Positions 18,256 to 28,735 are shown, counted from the first letter of the stretch. The stretch: DNA of 64,000 bases from Alphaproteobacteria bacterium (GCA_963555825.3 CAUVXB020000001.1:2080001-2144000); one strand, 5' to 3'. Notes: generated by a model from the letters alone, not told the origin. Made by a program: numbers and translations.

Positions 18256-19716
18256 ATGGAAACCAAGGCCAATCACCTCGCCGTCGGCGTCTTCGTGCTG
18301 GTCGCCTTCGCCGGCTTCTTCGCCTTCGTCATGTGGCTCGGCAAGACCGAGCTAGACCGCGAGGTCGACGCCTATCACATTTACTTCCGCGGGTCGGTCA
18401 GCGGGCTCACGTCGTCGAGCACGGTGCGCTACCGCGGCGTCCCCGTCGGCAGCGTGACCGATATCGTCATCGATCCGAAGAACAGTGAGCAGGTGCTGGT
18501 CACCATCGAAGTGACCGGCGGCACGCCGATCAAGGAAGACGCCACCGCCTCGCTCGAAATGCAGGGCATCACCGGCCTGGTCAACGTCCAGATCGGCGGC
18601 GGCGCCAAGGAGAGCCCCAGGCTGGTCGCCAAGGAAGGTCAGCCGCTGCCGGTCGTCGCGTCGGTGCCGTCGGCGATCGAGGCGCTGTTCGAGGACATCC
18701 CGCGCGCCATCGTCCGTATCACCGATCTGGTCGAGCGTGCGACGCTGCTGCTCAGCGACGAGAACATGCAGGCGATCACCGACACGCTGCAAAGCGTCCG
18801 GCGCCTCGGCGACACCCTGGCGGAGAGTTCTGACGACGTTGCGGCGCTGACCAACGACGTCGCGGTGACGGCGGCCGAAATCCGGCGCGCCGCCGAGGAG
18901 ATGAATTCGCTCGTAGCCGACATTCGCGAACGCGTGCCGGCGCTGCTCGACACCACCACCGCGACCCTGAGCGCCGCCGAGGGCGCGTTCAACGCGGTCA
19001 GCGGCAATGTCGACACGCTGACCGGCGAGGCCCAGCTATCGCTCGGCCAGCTGCGCGCCAACGCCGAGACGCTGACCGCCGAGACGACAGCCACCCTGCG
19101 CGAGGTGCGCGAGAGCGCCGATCAACTGGCGGGCGAGGTCCAACCGACGCTGCGCCAGTTCCGTGAGAGCGCCGAGACCCTGTCCAGCGAGGCCGAGCTT
19201 ACGCTGCGCCAGGTGCGCGAGAGCGCCGAGGCCCTGACCGCAGAGGCCGTGCCGACACTCCGCCAGGTGCGCGAGAGCGCCGAGACGCTGACCGCCGAGG
19301 CGGGGCCGACGCTGCGCCAGTTCCGCGAGAGCACCGCGACGCTGACTGGCGAAAGCCAGCTCACGCTGCGCCAGAATCGCGAGACGACCGATGCGGTCGG
19401 CACCGAGGCCGAACTCGCCCTGCGCGAGGTGCGCCAAAGCGCCGCCGCGCTGACCGACGACGCGCGGATCGCCTTGCACGACATCCGCAAGACCGCCGAG
19501 ACACTGGCCAACACGGCCGAGGACCTTCAGCTGATCGTCTCGGAGAACCGCGAGGCATTCCGTGATTTTTCCAACGAAGGCCTGTATGAGTTGTCGCGCT
19601 TCCTGGTCGAGGCGCGCGAGCTGGTCGGCGGCCTGACGCTCATCGTCGAGCGCTTCGAGGCCGACCCCGCCAGGTTCCTGTTTGGTGATTCTCAAGCCGG
19701 GTTCGAGCCACAATGA
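18256..19716 (+). CDS. mlaD: MlaD/MCE protein with long repetitive helical extension
   Basis: N-terminal TM; GSVSGL..VRYRGVPVGSV MCE motif; C-terminal DPARFLFG. Confidence 0.88.
   Translation: METKANHLAVGVFVLVAFAGFFAFVMWLGKTELDREVDAYHIYFRGSVSGLTSSSTVRYRGVPVGSVTDIVIDPKNSEQVLVTIEVTGGTPIKEDATASLEMQGITGLVNVQIGGGAKESPRLVAKEGQPLPVVASVPSAIEALFEDIPRAIVRITDLVERATLLLSDENMQAITDTLQSVRRLGDTLAESSDDVAALTNDVAVTAAEIRRAAEEMNSLVADIRERVPALLDTTTATLSAAEGAFNAVSGNVDTLTGEAQLSLGQLRANAETLTAETTATLREVRESADQLAGEVQPTLRQFRESAETLSSEAELTLRQVRESAEALTAEAVPTLRQVRESAETLTAEAGPTLRQFRESTATLTGESQLTLRQNRETTDAVGTEAELALREVRQSAAALTDDARIALHDIRKTAETLANTAEDLQLIVSENREAFRDFSNEGLYELSRFLVEARELVGGLTLIVERFEADPARFLFGDSQAGFEPQ
19009..19494 (+). 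repeat. Nine tandem 54-bp (18-aa) coding repeats in mlaD
   Basis: Units such as AETLTAEAGPTLRQFRES and AETLSSEAELTLRQVRES; 486 bp = 9 x 54. Confidence 0.85.
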
Positions 19717-20342
19717 CGAACATGCCACGACAGCGCCGCACCGCACCGCTTGCCGCCGCCCTCTCCCTCGCCTTCCTTCTGGTCGCCTGCGCCGGCATGC
19801 TGCCCGGCAGCGGCGCGCCGCCCGACCTGTACACGCTGACCCCGAAGAGCACCTATTCCGCCGACCTGCCGACGGTGACTTGGCAGCTCGCCATCGAGGT
19901 GCCGGTCGCCGCCGAGAGCCTGAACAACTCGCGCATCGCGCTGCGCCACGATCCGCTGTCGCTGCTCTACTACAAGGGCGCGCGCTGGACCGAGCGGGCG
20001 CCGGTGATGGTGCAGACGCTGCTGATCGAATCCTTCGAGAACTCGGGCAAGATCGTCGCCGTCGCGCGCAAGGCGACCGACATTCGGGCCGACTACGTAC
20101 TCAAGACCGACCTGCGCGAGTTCCAGGCCGAGTACGACGCCGGCGGCGCGCCGGTCGCGCATGTCCGCCTGAACGCGAAGCTGGTGGTCATGCCCAAGCG
20201 GGCGATCATCGCCTCCAAAACCTTCGAGAGCTCGGTCCAAGCCGCCGGCAGCAATGTTTCCCAAGTCATCGCCGCCTTCGATTTGGCGCTCGGCAGGACC
20301 CTCAAGCAGATCGTCGAATGGGGGCTCACCGTCCCCGAGTAA
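19713..20342 (+). CDS. PqiC-like ABC transport auxiliary lipoprotein
   Basis: Lipobox LVAC; ARWTE..P motif; follows mlaD with ATGA overlap. Confidence 0.85.
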   Translation: MTNMPRQRRTAPLAAALSLAFLLVACAGMLPGSGAPPDLYTLTPKSTYSADLPTVTWQLAIEVPVAAESLNNSRIALRHDPLSLLYYKGARWTERAPVMVQTLLIESFENSGKIVAVARKATDIRADYVLKTDLREFQAEYDAGGAPVAHVRLNAKLVVMPKRAIIASKTFESSVQAAGSNVSQVIAAFDLALGRTLKQIVEWGLTVPE

Positions 20343-20351
20343 CACGCGCTG

Positions 20352-20891
20352 CTACCCCGCGCGGGCGAGCCATTCCTCGCGCGACATGGCGTAGAGCATG
20401 AGCTCGACGCCGTCCTCCTTGCGCCAGCGGCGGACGAGCCCGAAGCCGAGCTTCTCGATCGCGCCGCGCGAGCGCGTGTTGCTCGCCCGGGCGACGCCGA
20501 CGATGCGATCGAGGCCCGCGACACCGAAGCCATAATCCAGCGCCGCGCGGGCCGCCTCGCCCGAGAGCCCCCGCCCCCACCACGCCTTGTCGAGCACCGC
20601 GCGCATGGCGATGCCTTCGCCGTCGTCGCGCACCCAGAAGCCGCATTCGCCGACATACGCGCCGCTCGCCTTGTCGCGCAACGTCCAGATACCGAAACCA
20701 TGATCGCGCCAGGTCGCGAGATAGCCGCTCAGCACGTCCGCGACCTGGTCCAGGCTTTCGGCGCCGAAACGCATGCCGGCCATGATCTCGGGGTCGCCGT
20801 GGAGCCGCGCCAGCGCGTCGAAATCGCCCGCCTCGATCGGCCGCATGCACAGCCGTGCGGTTTCGAGATGTCTGCTTGCCGTGTCGCTCAT
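20352..20891 (-). CDS. GNAT N-acetyltransferase (RimJ/RimL-like)
   Basis: LETARL, WWGRGLSGEA and N..S....EKLGF motifs. Confidence 0.82.
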   Translation of the reverse strand: MSDTASRHLETARLCMRPIEAGDFDALARLHGDPEIMAGMRFGAESLDQVADVLSGYLATWRDHGFGIWTLRDKASGAYVGECGFWVRDDGEGIAMRAVLDKAWWGRGLSGEAARAALDYGFGVAGLDRIVGVARASNTRSRGAIEKLGFGLVRRWRKEDGVELMLYAMSREEWLARAG

Positions 20892-20977
20892 CCGGTCCAC
20901 GTCATCCGCCAATTCAGTCGGTCGCGCATGATGGCCCATCGCCTGCTTCGATGCGAGCGCCGGACGATCGATCGCCG

Positions 20978-20990
20978 TGCAAATCTTGCA
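20978..20990. promoter_or_regulatory. Candidate operator palindrome TGCAA-atc-TTGCA upstream of the RpiR regulator
   Basis: Palindrome in the AT-richer divergent intergenic region; function is inferred only. Confidence 0.3.
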
Positions 20991-21108
20991 ACGAACGTTC
21001 CAAGATTCATAAATTCGATTCGTATGTTGCAGCCGCGCCGTTGGACAGCTATCGTGGGTCCCAGCGGGCCGAACGAAGCCCGCGAAATGTGGGAGCGACC
21101 TGCGGACG

Positions 21109-22002
21109 ATGGCTGATTTCGCCGCCGTAACCGAACGCATCGAGGGCAGCTATCCGCGCCTGAGCCCACGGCTCAGGCAAGCGGCGCGCTATATGCTCGG
21201 CCAGCCGGACGACGTCGCCTTGAGTTCGATGCGCCGCGTTGCCGAGCGCGCCGGCGTCCACCCTTCGACCATGGTGCGCCTCGCCCATGCATTGAGCTAT
21301 CCGGGCTACGACGAGCTGCGCGAACCCTTCCGCCGCCACCTGACTGGCGGGCGGCACTATGCCGACCGCGCGCGCGAACTGGTGGCGCGCGGTGCGGGGT
21401 CGGAGACCGAGGCGCTGCTCGGCGAGCTGGCCGCCGACGACATTGCCAACATCGAACGCAGCTACGCGGACATCGCGACGGACGACTTCGCCGCCGCGGT
21501 CGAGGCGTTGGACACGGCAAGACGCGTTTACGTCGTCGGTCTGCGCAAATGCTTTCCGATCGCCGCCTATTTCCATTATGCGCACCGGATGTTTCGCGAC
21601 ACGGCGGTGCTCGCCACCGGCCGAGACGCACTGCTGACCGACGAGCTACGGACGCTTGGCGCAAGCGACGCGATGCTCGCGGTCAGCTTCAGCCGCTATA
21701 CGCGCGATACGGTCGAAGCGGTCCGTTACGCCGCCGCGCGGGGCGCCGCCGTCGTCGCCATCACCGACAGCCGGCTCTCGCCATTGGCCGCCAGCGCCCG
21801 CCACGTGCTGGTGACCGCCAAGCGCGGCCCGTCGTTCTTCGGCTCGCTGGTCGGCGCGTTGTCGCTCGCCCAGGCGCTGATCGCGGCATTGGTCGCACGT
21901 GGCGGTGGCGAGACGATCGCCGCGCTTGGCGAGACCGAGCGCCACCTCGACGCCTTCGACACCTATTGGGAGGGCGCCCCGACACGGGGCGCGCGGCGAT
22001 GA
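21109..22002 (+). CDS. MurR/RpiR family transcriptional regulator
   Basis: HTH AERAGVHPSTMVRLA; SIS domain SFSRY...ITDSRLSPLA. Confidence 0.9.
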   Translation: MADFAAVTERIEGSYPRLSPRLRQAARYMLGQPDDVALSSMRRVAERAGVHPSTMVRLAHALSYPGYDELREPFRRHLTGGRHYADRARELVARGAGSETEALLGELAADDIANIERSYADIATDDFAAAVEALDTARRVYVVGLRKCFPIAAYFHYAHRMFRDTAVLATGRDALLTDELRTLGASDAMLAVSFSRYTRDTVEAVRYAAARGAAVVAITDSRLSPLAASARHVLVTAKRGPSFFGSLVGALSLAQALIAALVARGGGETIAALGETERHLDAFDTYWEGAPTRGARR

Positions 22003-23333
22003 GCCACGTCTTCCACCGCCGGCCGCGCGACGTCATGCCGACCGCCGTCGAGGGCGACGGCATTTACGTCGTCGACGCCGACGGGCGGCGCTATCTCGAC
22101 GCCTCGGGCGGCGCCGCTGTATCGTGTCTTGGCCACAGCCACCCCAAGGTGATCGAGGCGATCAAGCGCCAGGTCGACCAGATCGCCTACGCCCACACTT
22201 CGTTCTTCACCAACGAACCGATGGAGCGCCTCGCCGACATGCTGATCGAGGCGGCGCCCGAGGGGCTCGAGCGCGTCTACTTCGTCTCGGGTGGCTCCGA
22301 GGCCATGGAATCGGCGCTCAAACTCGCGCGCCAGTATTTCCTCGAGCGCGGCGAGGAGGGCCGGCACCACATCATCGCGCGGCGCCAGAGCTATCACGGC
22401 AATACGCTCGGAGCACTCGCCGCCGGCGGCAACATGTGGCGCCGCGAGCCGTTCGACCCGCTGCTGATCGAAACCCACCACATCGCGCCCTGCTACGCCT
22501 ATCGCGACCGCCGCGCGGACGAGACCGACGTCGCCTACGGCGAGCGCGTCGCCGACGAGCTCGACGTCAAGATCACCGAGCTCGGCGCGGGGACCGTCAT
22601 CGGCTTCATCGCCGAACCGGTGGTCGGCGCGACCGCCGGCGCACTGGCGCCAGTGCCCGGCTATTTCAAGCGCATCCGCGAGATCTGCGACCGCCACGGC
22701 GTGCTGTTGATCCTCGACGAGGTGATGTGCGGCATGGGCCGCACCGGCTCGCTGTTCGCCTGCGAGCAGGACGGCGTCAGCCCCGATCTGTTGATCGCCG
22801 CCAAGGGCCTGGGCGCCGGTTATCAGCCGATCGGCGCGCTGTTCGTCTCGGGCGACATCTATGACACGATCGTCGGCGGTTCGGGCTTCTTCCAGCACGG
22901 TCACACCTATATGGGTCACGCGACCGGCTGCGCCGCCTCGCTGGCGGTCCAGCGGGTGATCCGCGACGACAACCTGCTCGACAATGTCAAGCGCCAGGGC
23001 GCGACGCTGATGCGTCGCCTCGCCGAGCGTTTCGGCAATCACGCGCATGTCGGCGACATTCGCGGCCGCGGGCTGTTCATCGGCGTCGAGCTGGTCGCCG
23101 ACCGGTCGAGCAAGACGCCCTTCGACCCATCGTTGAAACTGAACGCCCGGGTCAAGTCGAACGCCATGGCGCGCGGCCTGATGTGCTATCCCGCGGGCGG
23201 CACGATCGACGGCAAGCGAGGCGACCACATCCTGATCGCGCCGCCCTTCATCGTCACGCCGCCCGACATCGAGATCATCGTCGAGCGCCTCGGCGACGCC
23301 GTCGACGCGGCGATTACCGAGGCCAAGGCGTGA
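21999..23333 (+). CDS. Class III PLP aminotransferase
   Basis: YLDASGG, SGGSEA, SYHG, EPVVG, DEVMCGMGRTG and AKGLG motifs. Confidence 0.92.
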   Translation: MSHVFHRRPRDVMPTAVEGDGIYVVDADGRRYLDASGGAAVSCLGHSHPKVIEAIKRQVDQIAYAHTSFFTNEPMERLADMLIEAAPEGLERVYFVSGGSEAMESALKLARQYFLERGEEGRHHIIARRQSYHGNTLGALAAGGNMWRREPFDPLLIETHHIAPCYAYRDRRADETDVAYGERVADELDVKITELGAGTVIGFIAEPVVGATAGALAPVPGYFKRIREICDRHGVLLILDEVMCGMGRTGSLFACEQDGVSPDLLIAAKGLGAGYQPIGALFVSGDIYDTIVGGSGFFQHGHTYMGHATGCAASLAVQRVIRDDNLLDNVKRQGATLMRRLAERFGNHAHVGDIRGRGLFIGVELVADRSSKTPFDPSLKLNARVKSNAMARGLMCYPAGGTIDGKRGDHILIAPPFIVTPPDIEIIVERLGDAVDAAITEAKA

Positions 23334-23486
23334 GCGGCGCCATGCCGCGAACGCCCGTCACCGGCTCATGGACCTGGTCGAACAGGCCCACGGCCAACCA
23401 CCCCCATCCAAGCGCCGACGGTTGCCGGTGGGGTACGAGAGTGTTATCGATTCCAATAGAGAAAACCAGGGAGGAATAATTTCGTC

Positions 23487-24473
23487 ATGAAACGCATAGC
23501 ATTGACTACTCTTGCGGTCGCCGTAGCGGCGGGCGCCTACTTGGCCGTTCCGGTAAGCAACGCCGTGGCCCAGCAGGAATTCATCACCATCGGCACCGGC
23601 GGCATCACCGGCGTCTACTATCCGACCGGCGGCGCCATCTGCCGTCTCGTCAACAAGGGCCGAAAAGATCACGGCGTGCGTTGCTCGGTCGAATCGACGG
23701 GCGGTTCCGTCTACAACCTCAACACCATCCGCGCCGGCGAGCTCGACATGGGCGTCGTCCAGTCCGACTGGCAGTATCACGCCTTCCACGGCACCGGAAA
23801 GCAGTCCTTCATCGACGCCGGGCCTTTCACGGAACTTCGCGCGGTCTTCGCGATTCACGGCGAGCCCGTGACGATCATCGCGCGCGCCGACGCTGGCATC
23901 AAGACGGTCAAAGACCTGGTCGGCAAGCGGGTCAACATCGGCAACCCGGGTTCGGGCACGGAAGCCACCTGGAACGTCATGTGGAGCGCCATGGGTCACA
24001 CCAATGACGATCTCAAGCTGGCCGCCCAGATGAAGTCGGCGGAAACCCCCGGCGCGCTGTGCGACAACAAGATCGACGCCTTGTTCTGGCTGGTCGGCCA
24101 CCCCAACGGCCTGTCCAAGGAAGCCACCACGACCTGCGACGCGGTGATGGTCGAGGTCTCGGGTCCGGCCATCGATAAGCTGGTGGCGGACAATTCCTAT
24201 TATTTCAAGGCGACGATTCCGGGCGGCATGTATCAGGGCAGCCCGAACGACACCCCCACCTTCGGCGTGGGCGCCACCTTCGTGTCCTCGACCTCGACGC
24301 CTGAGAACACGGTCTATCAAGTGGTCAAGGCGGTGTTCGACAACATCGACAGCTTCAAGAAGCTGCATCCGGCGTTCAACAATCTGGTGGACACCGATAT
24401 GGTCAACAACGGACGTTCCGCGCCGCTTCATGCCGGCGCGGCCAAGTACTACAAAGAACGCGGCTGGGAGTAG
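23487..24473 (+). CDS. TAXI-family TRAP solute-binding protein
   Basis: [30 protein letters not shown] and PLHAGA motifs; signal peptide. Confidence 0.93.
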   Translation: MKRIALTTLAVAVAAGAYLAVPVSNAVAQQEFITIGTGGITGVYYPTGGAICRLVNKGRKDHGVRCSVESTGGSVYNLNTIRAGELDMGVVQSDWQYHAFHGTGKQSFIDAGPFTELRAVFAIHGEPVTIIARADAGIKTVKDLVGKRVNIGNPGSGTEATWNVMWSAMGHTNDDLKLAAQMKSAETPGALCDNKIDALFWLVGHPNGLSKEATTTCDAVMVEVSGPAIDKLVADNSYYFKATIPGGMYQGSPNDTPTFGVGATFVSSTSTPENTVYQVVKAVFDNIDSFKKLHPAFNNLVDTDMVNNGRSAPLHAGAAKYYKERGWE

Positions 24474-24529
24474 TCGCGTCGCTTCCCAACCTGGGTGACT
24501 AGCCTGGGGGAATGGGAAGCAAAGGATAC

Positions 24530-24562
24530 GGGTGGAGAAGCGCGGAAAAAGCTTCTCCACCC
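24530..24562 (+). terminator. Intergenic stem-loop (terminator or mRNA-stabilising hairpin)
   Basis: GGGTGGAGAAGC/GCTTCTCCACCC 12-bp stem; no clear U-tract. Confidence 0.4.
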
Positions 24563-24650
24563 TCCTCCTTGATCGGCCGCCGTTTCGCGCGGTAGGCCGC
24601 ATCGAGGCAGGTTCGAGGCGAGGCGACAGGGCTGCCTTGGGGGTAGGACA

Positions 24651-25641
24651 ATGAGAACAGGCATTGTTCCGCTGGCGACGGCGTTCGTGGTCGCCATTCG
24701 GCATTTCGGCCGGCGTGGCGTCATCGGACCGGGCGCGCGCCGCCGACGTGATCATCGGCGCCGGCCAGGAAGCGCCGGTGCATTTCCATGTCGGGCGGGC
24801 GATCTGCCGCGCCATCAGGACGTCGATCGAGGGCAAGACCTGTCAGGCCGAGCGCATCGAGGGCCGGGACGCAGCCGAGCCGCTCGCGGTTCTCGGCGAC
24901 GTACGCAACGGCGCAATCGAGATCGGCATCGTCCAGTCCGACTGGGTCCATCACGCCTTCACCGGCAGCGGTCCGGTCGAGTTCTTGGAAATCGGGTTCG
25001 AGAACCTCAGAACCCTGTTGCTGCTCCACGGCGAGCCGTTCACGGTGGTCGCCCGGCGCGACGCCGGAATTTCCAAACTCGCCGACCTGGCTGGCAAACG
25101 GGTCAATATCGGCGTTACGGGTTCCGACCAACGGGTGGTCATGCAGCAGGTGATGACGGCCATGGGTTGGTCGCGCGACAGTTTCAGCCTCGCCGACGAG
25201 CTGACCGGACCCGAACAATCCCTGGCGCTGTGCCACGACCGTATTCAGGCGATGGTCGGGATGGTCGCCCATCCCGACGCCGACCTGGCCAAGACCATGG
25301 CACTGTGCGACGCCGAGCTCGTCGAGATCTCCGGTCCCGAAATCGCCGGTCTGGTCGCGGACAAACCCTATTTCTCGGTCGCCGAGATTCCGGCGGGGAG
25401 CTATGAAAACCAGGACACCGCCGTCAAGACGTTCGGCGTCAGGGTCGTCGCGGTGGTCTCCGAGGACATGCCGGACGAAACGGCCTACGACATCGTCCAA
25501 GCGGTCTTCGGCAATTTCGACCGCTTCAAGAGACTTCATCCGGCGTTGCGTCAGTTGCGGCCGCAAGACATGAAGAGCGAAGGGGATGCCGCACCGATGC
25601 ATCCCGGCGCGCTCCGAAAGTTCACTGAAGTCGGCATGTAA
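24651..25641 (+). pseudogene. Second TAXI solute-binding protein with a frameshift in the signal peptide (or sequencing error)
   Basis: AGGA RBS and ATG at 24651 give MRTGIVPLATAFVVA. One extra base near 24696 shifts the frame away from the TAXI body (VQSDW, GKRVNIG, PMHPGA). Confidence 0.75.
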
Positions 25642-25700
25642 CGGACCGCCGGACTTCGCGCGGCGTGGTGGATACCGGAAAATCCGAGGGTAGGTTAACG

Positions 25701-28298
25701 ATGAGCGATCAAATCAACGGCACGGAACCGGATAGCGGCGAACAGGACGCCGCGGCCATCGTCGCCGAGGCCGATACCGGCGCACGGTCGCCCAGCGGCA
25801 TCCCGGCGAAGATCCTGTGGTACGTGCCTTTGGCCTGGGCGGCCTTTCAGCTTTGGCTGGCCTCGCCGCTGCCGTTCATGTTGAGGTTCGGCATCTTCAA
25901 CTCGACCGAGGCCCGGTCGATCCATCTGGCCTTCGCCATTTTCCTCGCCTTCCTGGCCTTCCCCGCGCTCAAGCGTTCGCCGCGTCACTACATCCCGATC
26001 CAGGACTGGATCATCGCCCTCGTCGCCGCCTTCTGTACCGGCTATCAGTATCTCTTCTTCATCGAGCTGTCCGATCGGCCCGGCTTGCCGACGCAAATGG
26101 ATATCGTGGTCTCCGTGATCGGCCTGGCGCTCATTCTCGAAGGCACGCGGCGCGCCCTGGGGCCGCCGCTGATGATCGTCGCCGCGGTGTTCATGTGTTA
26201 CACCTTCTTCGGCCATCTGGCGCCCGAGGTCATCCAGTGGAAAGGCGCGTCGCTCAACAAGGCGATGTCGCATTACTATCTGACGACGGAGGGCGTCTAC
26301 GGCATCGCGCTCGGCGTTTCGACCAGTCTGGTGTTCCTGTTCGTGCTGTTCGGTTCGCTGTTGGAAAAAGCCGGGGCGGGCAACTACTTCATCTGCGTCG
26401 CCTTCGCGCTGATGGGCCATATGAAGGGCGGGCCGGCCAAGGCGGCGGTCGTGTCGTCGGCCATGACCGGATTGGTCTCCGGTTCGGCGATCGCCAATGT
26501 GGTTACCACCGGCACCTTCACCATTCCCTTGATGCGCAGGGTCGGGTTCTCGGCTGAAAAGGCGGGGGCGGTAGAAGTGGCGTCCTCCACCAACGGCCAG
26601 TTAACCCCGCCGGTCATGGGCGCGGTCGCATTCCTGATGATCGAATATGTCGGCATCTCCTATGTCGAGGTCATCAAGCACGCCGCCCTGCCGGCGCTGA
26701 TTTCGTACATCGCACTGGTCTACATCGTCCATCTCGAGGCCCTGAAGGCCGACATGCAGGGGCTTCCCCGCCGCAGCCCGCCAAACTTCATTCGCAGCCT
26801 GATGATGTTTTGCCTCACGATCGTCGGCTTGGCCATATTAACGGCGATCGTCTATTTCGGCCTCGGCTGGATGAAGGTCGCCTTCGGCGAGGCAACCTTG
26901 TGGATTGCCTCGGTCTTGTTGGTGATCACCTATATCGGCCTAGTCGCATTTGGCTGCAGGTATCCCGAACTCGACACCTCGATGGATATCTCCGAATTGC
27001 CCGAGGCGGGTCCGACCATCAAGGCCGGACTCTATTATCTCCTGCCAGTCGTTGTGCTGGTCTGGTGCCTCACGGTGGAGCGGCTGTCGCCTGGGCTGTC
27101 GGCCTACTACGCTACGCTGTTCATGCTTTTCATTCTGCTCACCCAGCGCCCGCTCAAGGCGATCTTGCGCAAAACCGGCGAAAGTATCGCCGGCAGCATC
27201 AAAGATGGAATCGTGGACAGCCTCGAGGGCCTGATCAGCGGCGCGCGCAACATGATCGGCATCGGCGTCGCAACCGCCGCCGCCGGCATCATCGTCGGCA
27301 CCATTTCCCTGACCGGCATCGGTTTCGTGATGTCCGAGTTCGTCGAGTTCATCTCGGGCGGTCATGTGCTCATTATGCTGTTCCTCACCGCCATTCTCAG
27401 CCTGATCCTCGGCATGGGGCTGCCGACCACCGCCAACTACATCGTGGTGTCGTCCCTGTTGGCCCCGGTGATCGTCACCGTCGGGGCGCAGAACGGCCTG
27501 ATCGTGCCGTTGATCGCCGTCCATATGTTCGTGTTTTACTTCGGCATCCTGGCCGACGACACGCCGCCCGTGGCGCTGGCCGCCTTCGCCGCCGCCGCGA
27601 TCTCGAAGGGCGACCCGATAAAAACCGGCATTCAGGGATTCATGTACGACATTCGCACGGCGATCCTGCCGTTCCTGTTCATCTACAATACCGAACTGCT
27701 GATGATTGGCGTCGAGACCTGGTATCACCTGTTGGCCACGATCGTCACCGCGATGGGGGCGATGATGTTGTTCGCCGCCGCGACCCAGGGATATTTCATC
27801 GTCAAATCCCGATTTTGGGAGACCCTCGCACTGCTGCTGATCGCCTTCACCTTGTTCCGGCCGGCATTCTGGATGGACCAGATCTATCCGCCGTTGGAAT
27901 CCAGATCCGCCAGCGTTATCTATGACATCGCCGGGGAAATGCCGGTCGATGCCCAGATCCGCATCCGGGTCGTGGGCGAAGACCTCGAGGGACGCCAGAT
28001 CGACAAGACGGTCATGCTGCCGCTCGGCGCCGCGGGCAGTGGCGAGGAACGGCTCTTCGAGGCCGGTCTCGAGCTCATCGTCGATGACGGCAAGACGATC
28101 GTCGACAACGTCGTCTTCGGCAGCGCCGCCAAGAAACAGGAAATCGACTTCGACTTCGAGGTCGTCAGTATCGAGGTGCCAACGGACCGACCGGGGAAGC
28201 AGTGGTTCTACCTGCCGGCGCTGCTCGCGCTCGGCCTCATCGTCATGCTGCAGCGCGGCCGCCGCGAGAAGACGCCGGCCGTCTCCGCCGCCGAGTAG
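25701..28298 (+). CDS. TRAP transporter fused 4TM/12TM permease
   Basis: GGPAKAAV, GQLTPPVMGA, LGMGLPTTANY and DDTPPV motifs. Confidence 0.93.
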   Translation: MSDQINGTEPDSGEQDAAAIVAEADTGARSPSGIPAKILWYVPLAWAAFQLWLASPLPFMLRFGIFNSTEARSIHLAFAIFLAFLAFPALKRSPRHYIPIQDWIIALVAAFCTGYQYLFFIELSDRPGLPTQMDIVVSVIGLALILEGTRRALGPPLMIVAAVFMCYTFFGHLAPEVIQWKGASLNKAMSHYYLTTEGVYGIALGVSTSLVFLFVLFGSLLEKAGAGNYFICVAFALMGHMKGGPAKAAVVSSAMTGLVSGSAIANVVTTGTFTIPLMRRVGFSAEKAGAVEVASSTNGQLTPPVMGAVAFLMIEYVGISYVEVIKHAALPALISYIALVYIVHLEALKADMQGLPRRSPPNFIRSLMMFCLTIVGLAILTAIVYFGLGWMKVAFGEATLWIASVLLVITYIGLVAFGCRYPELDTSMDISELPEAGPTIKAGLYYLLPVVVLVWCLTVERLSPGLSAYYATLFMLFILLTQRPLKAILRKTGESIAGSIKDGIVDSLEGLISGARNMIGIGVATAAAGIIVGTISLTGIGFVMSEFVEFISGGHVLIMLFLTAILSLILGMGLPTTANYIVVSSLLAPVIVTVGAQNGLIVPLIAVHMFVFYFGILADDTPPVALAAFAAAAISKGDPIKTGIQGFMYDIRTAILPFLFIYNTELLMIGVETWYHLLATIVTAMGAMMLFAAATQGYFIVKSRFWETLALLLIAFTLFRPAFWMDQIYPPLESRSASVIYDIAGEMPVDAQIRIRVVGEDLEGRQIDKTVMLPLGAAGSGEERLFEAGLELIVDDGKTIVDNVVFGSAAKKQEIDFDFEVVSIEVPTDRPGKQWFYLPALLALGLIVMLQRGRREKTPAVSAAE

Positions 28299-28306
28299 AG
28301 GGAGCC

Positions 28307-28735
28307 ATGTACAACGACATCCTGGTCGCCGTCGACCTCAATGACGAGACGTCATCGAAGAAGACCGTGGACGTGGCGGTTGCGTGTTGCCGCACGTTCG
28401 GCGCGCGCTTGCACCTGCTCAGCGTGGTTCCCGATTTCGGCATGAGCATCGTCAGCCAATACTTTCCCGACGACTATGCCCAGAAGGCGGTCGACGGCGC
28501 GACCGCCAAGCTCGCCGAGTTCAAGGACGCGACCGTTCCCAACGACATCGAGGCGCACGACATCGTCGCCAACGGCACCGTCTACGACGAGATCCTGGCG
28601 ACCGCCAAAAAGATCGACGCCGATCTCATCGTGCTCGGCGCGAACCGGCCCGATCTCAAGGACTATCTGCTCGGCCCCAACGCCTCGCGCGTCGTGCGTC
28701 ACTCGGCGCGCTCCGTCCTCGTGGTGCGCGACTGA
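28307..28735 (+). CDS. Universal stress protein
   Basis: ILVAVD, DLIVLGA and LLGPNASRVVRHS motifs; typical TAXI-TRAP companion. Confidence 0.92.
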   Translation: MYNDILVAVDLNDETSSKKTVDVAVACCRTFGARLHLLSVVPDFGMSIVSQYFPDDYAQKAVDGATAKLAEFKDATVPNDIEAHDIVANGTVYDEILATAKKIDADLIVLGANRPDLKDYLLGPNASRVVRHSARSVLVVRD

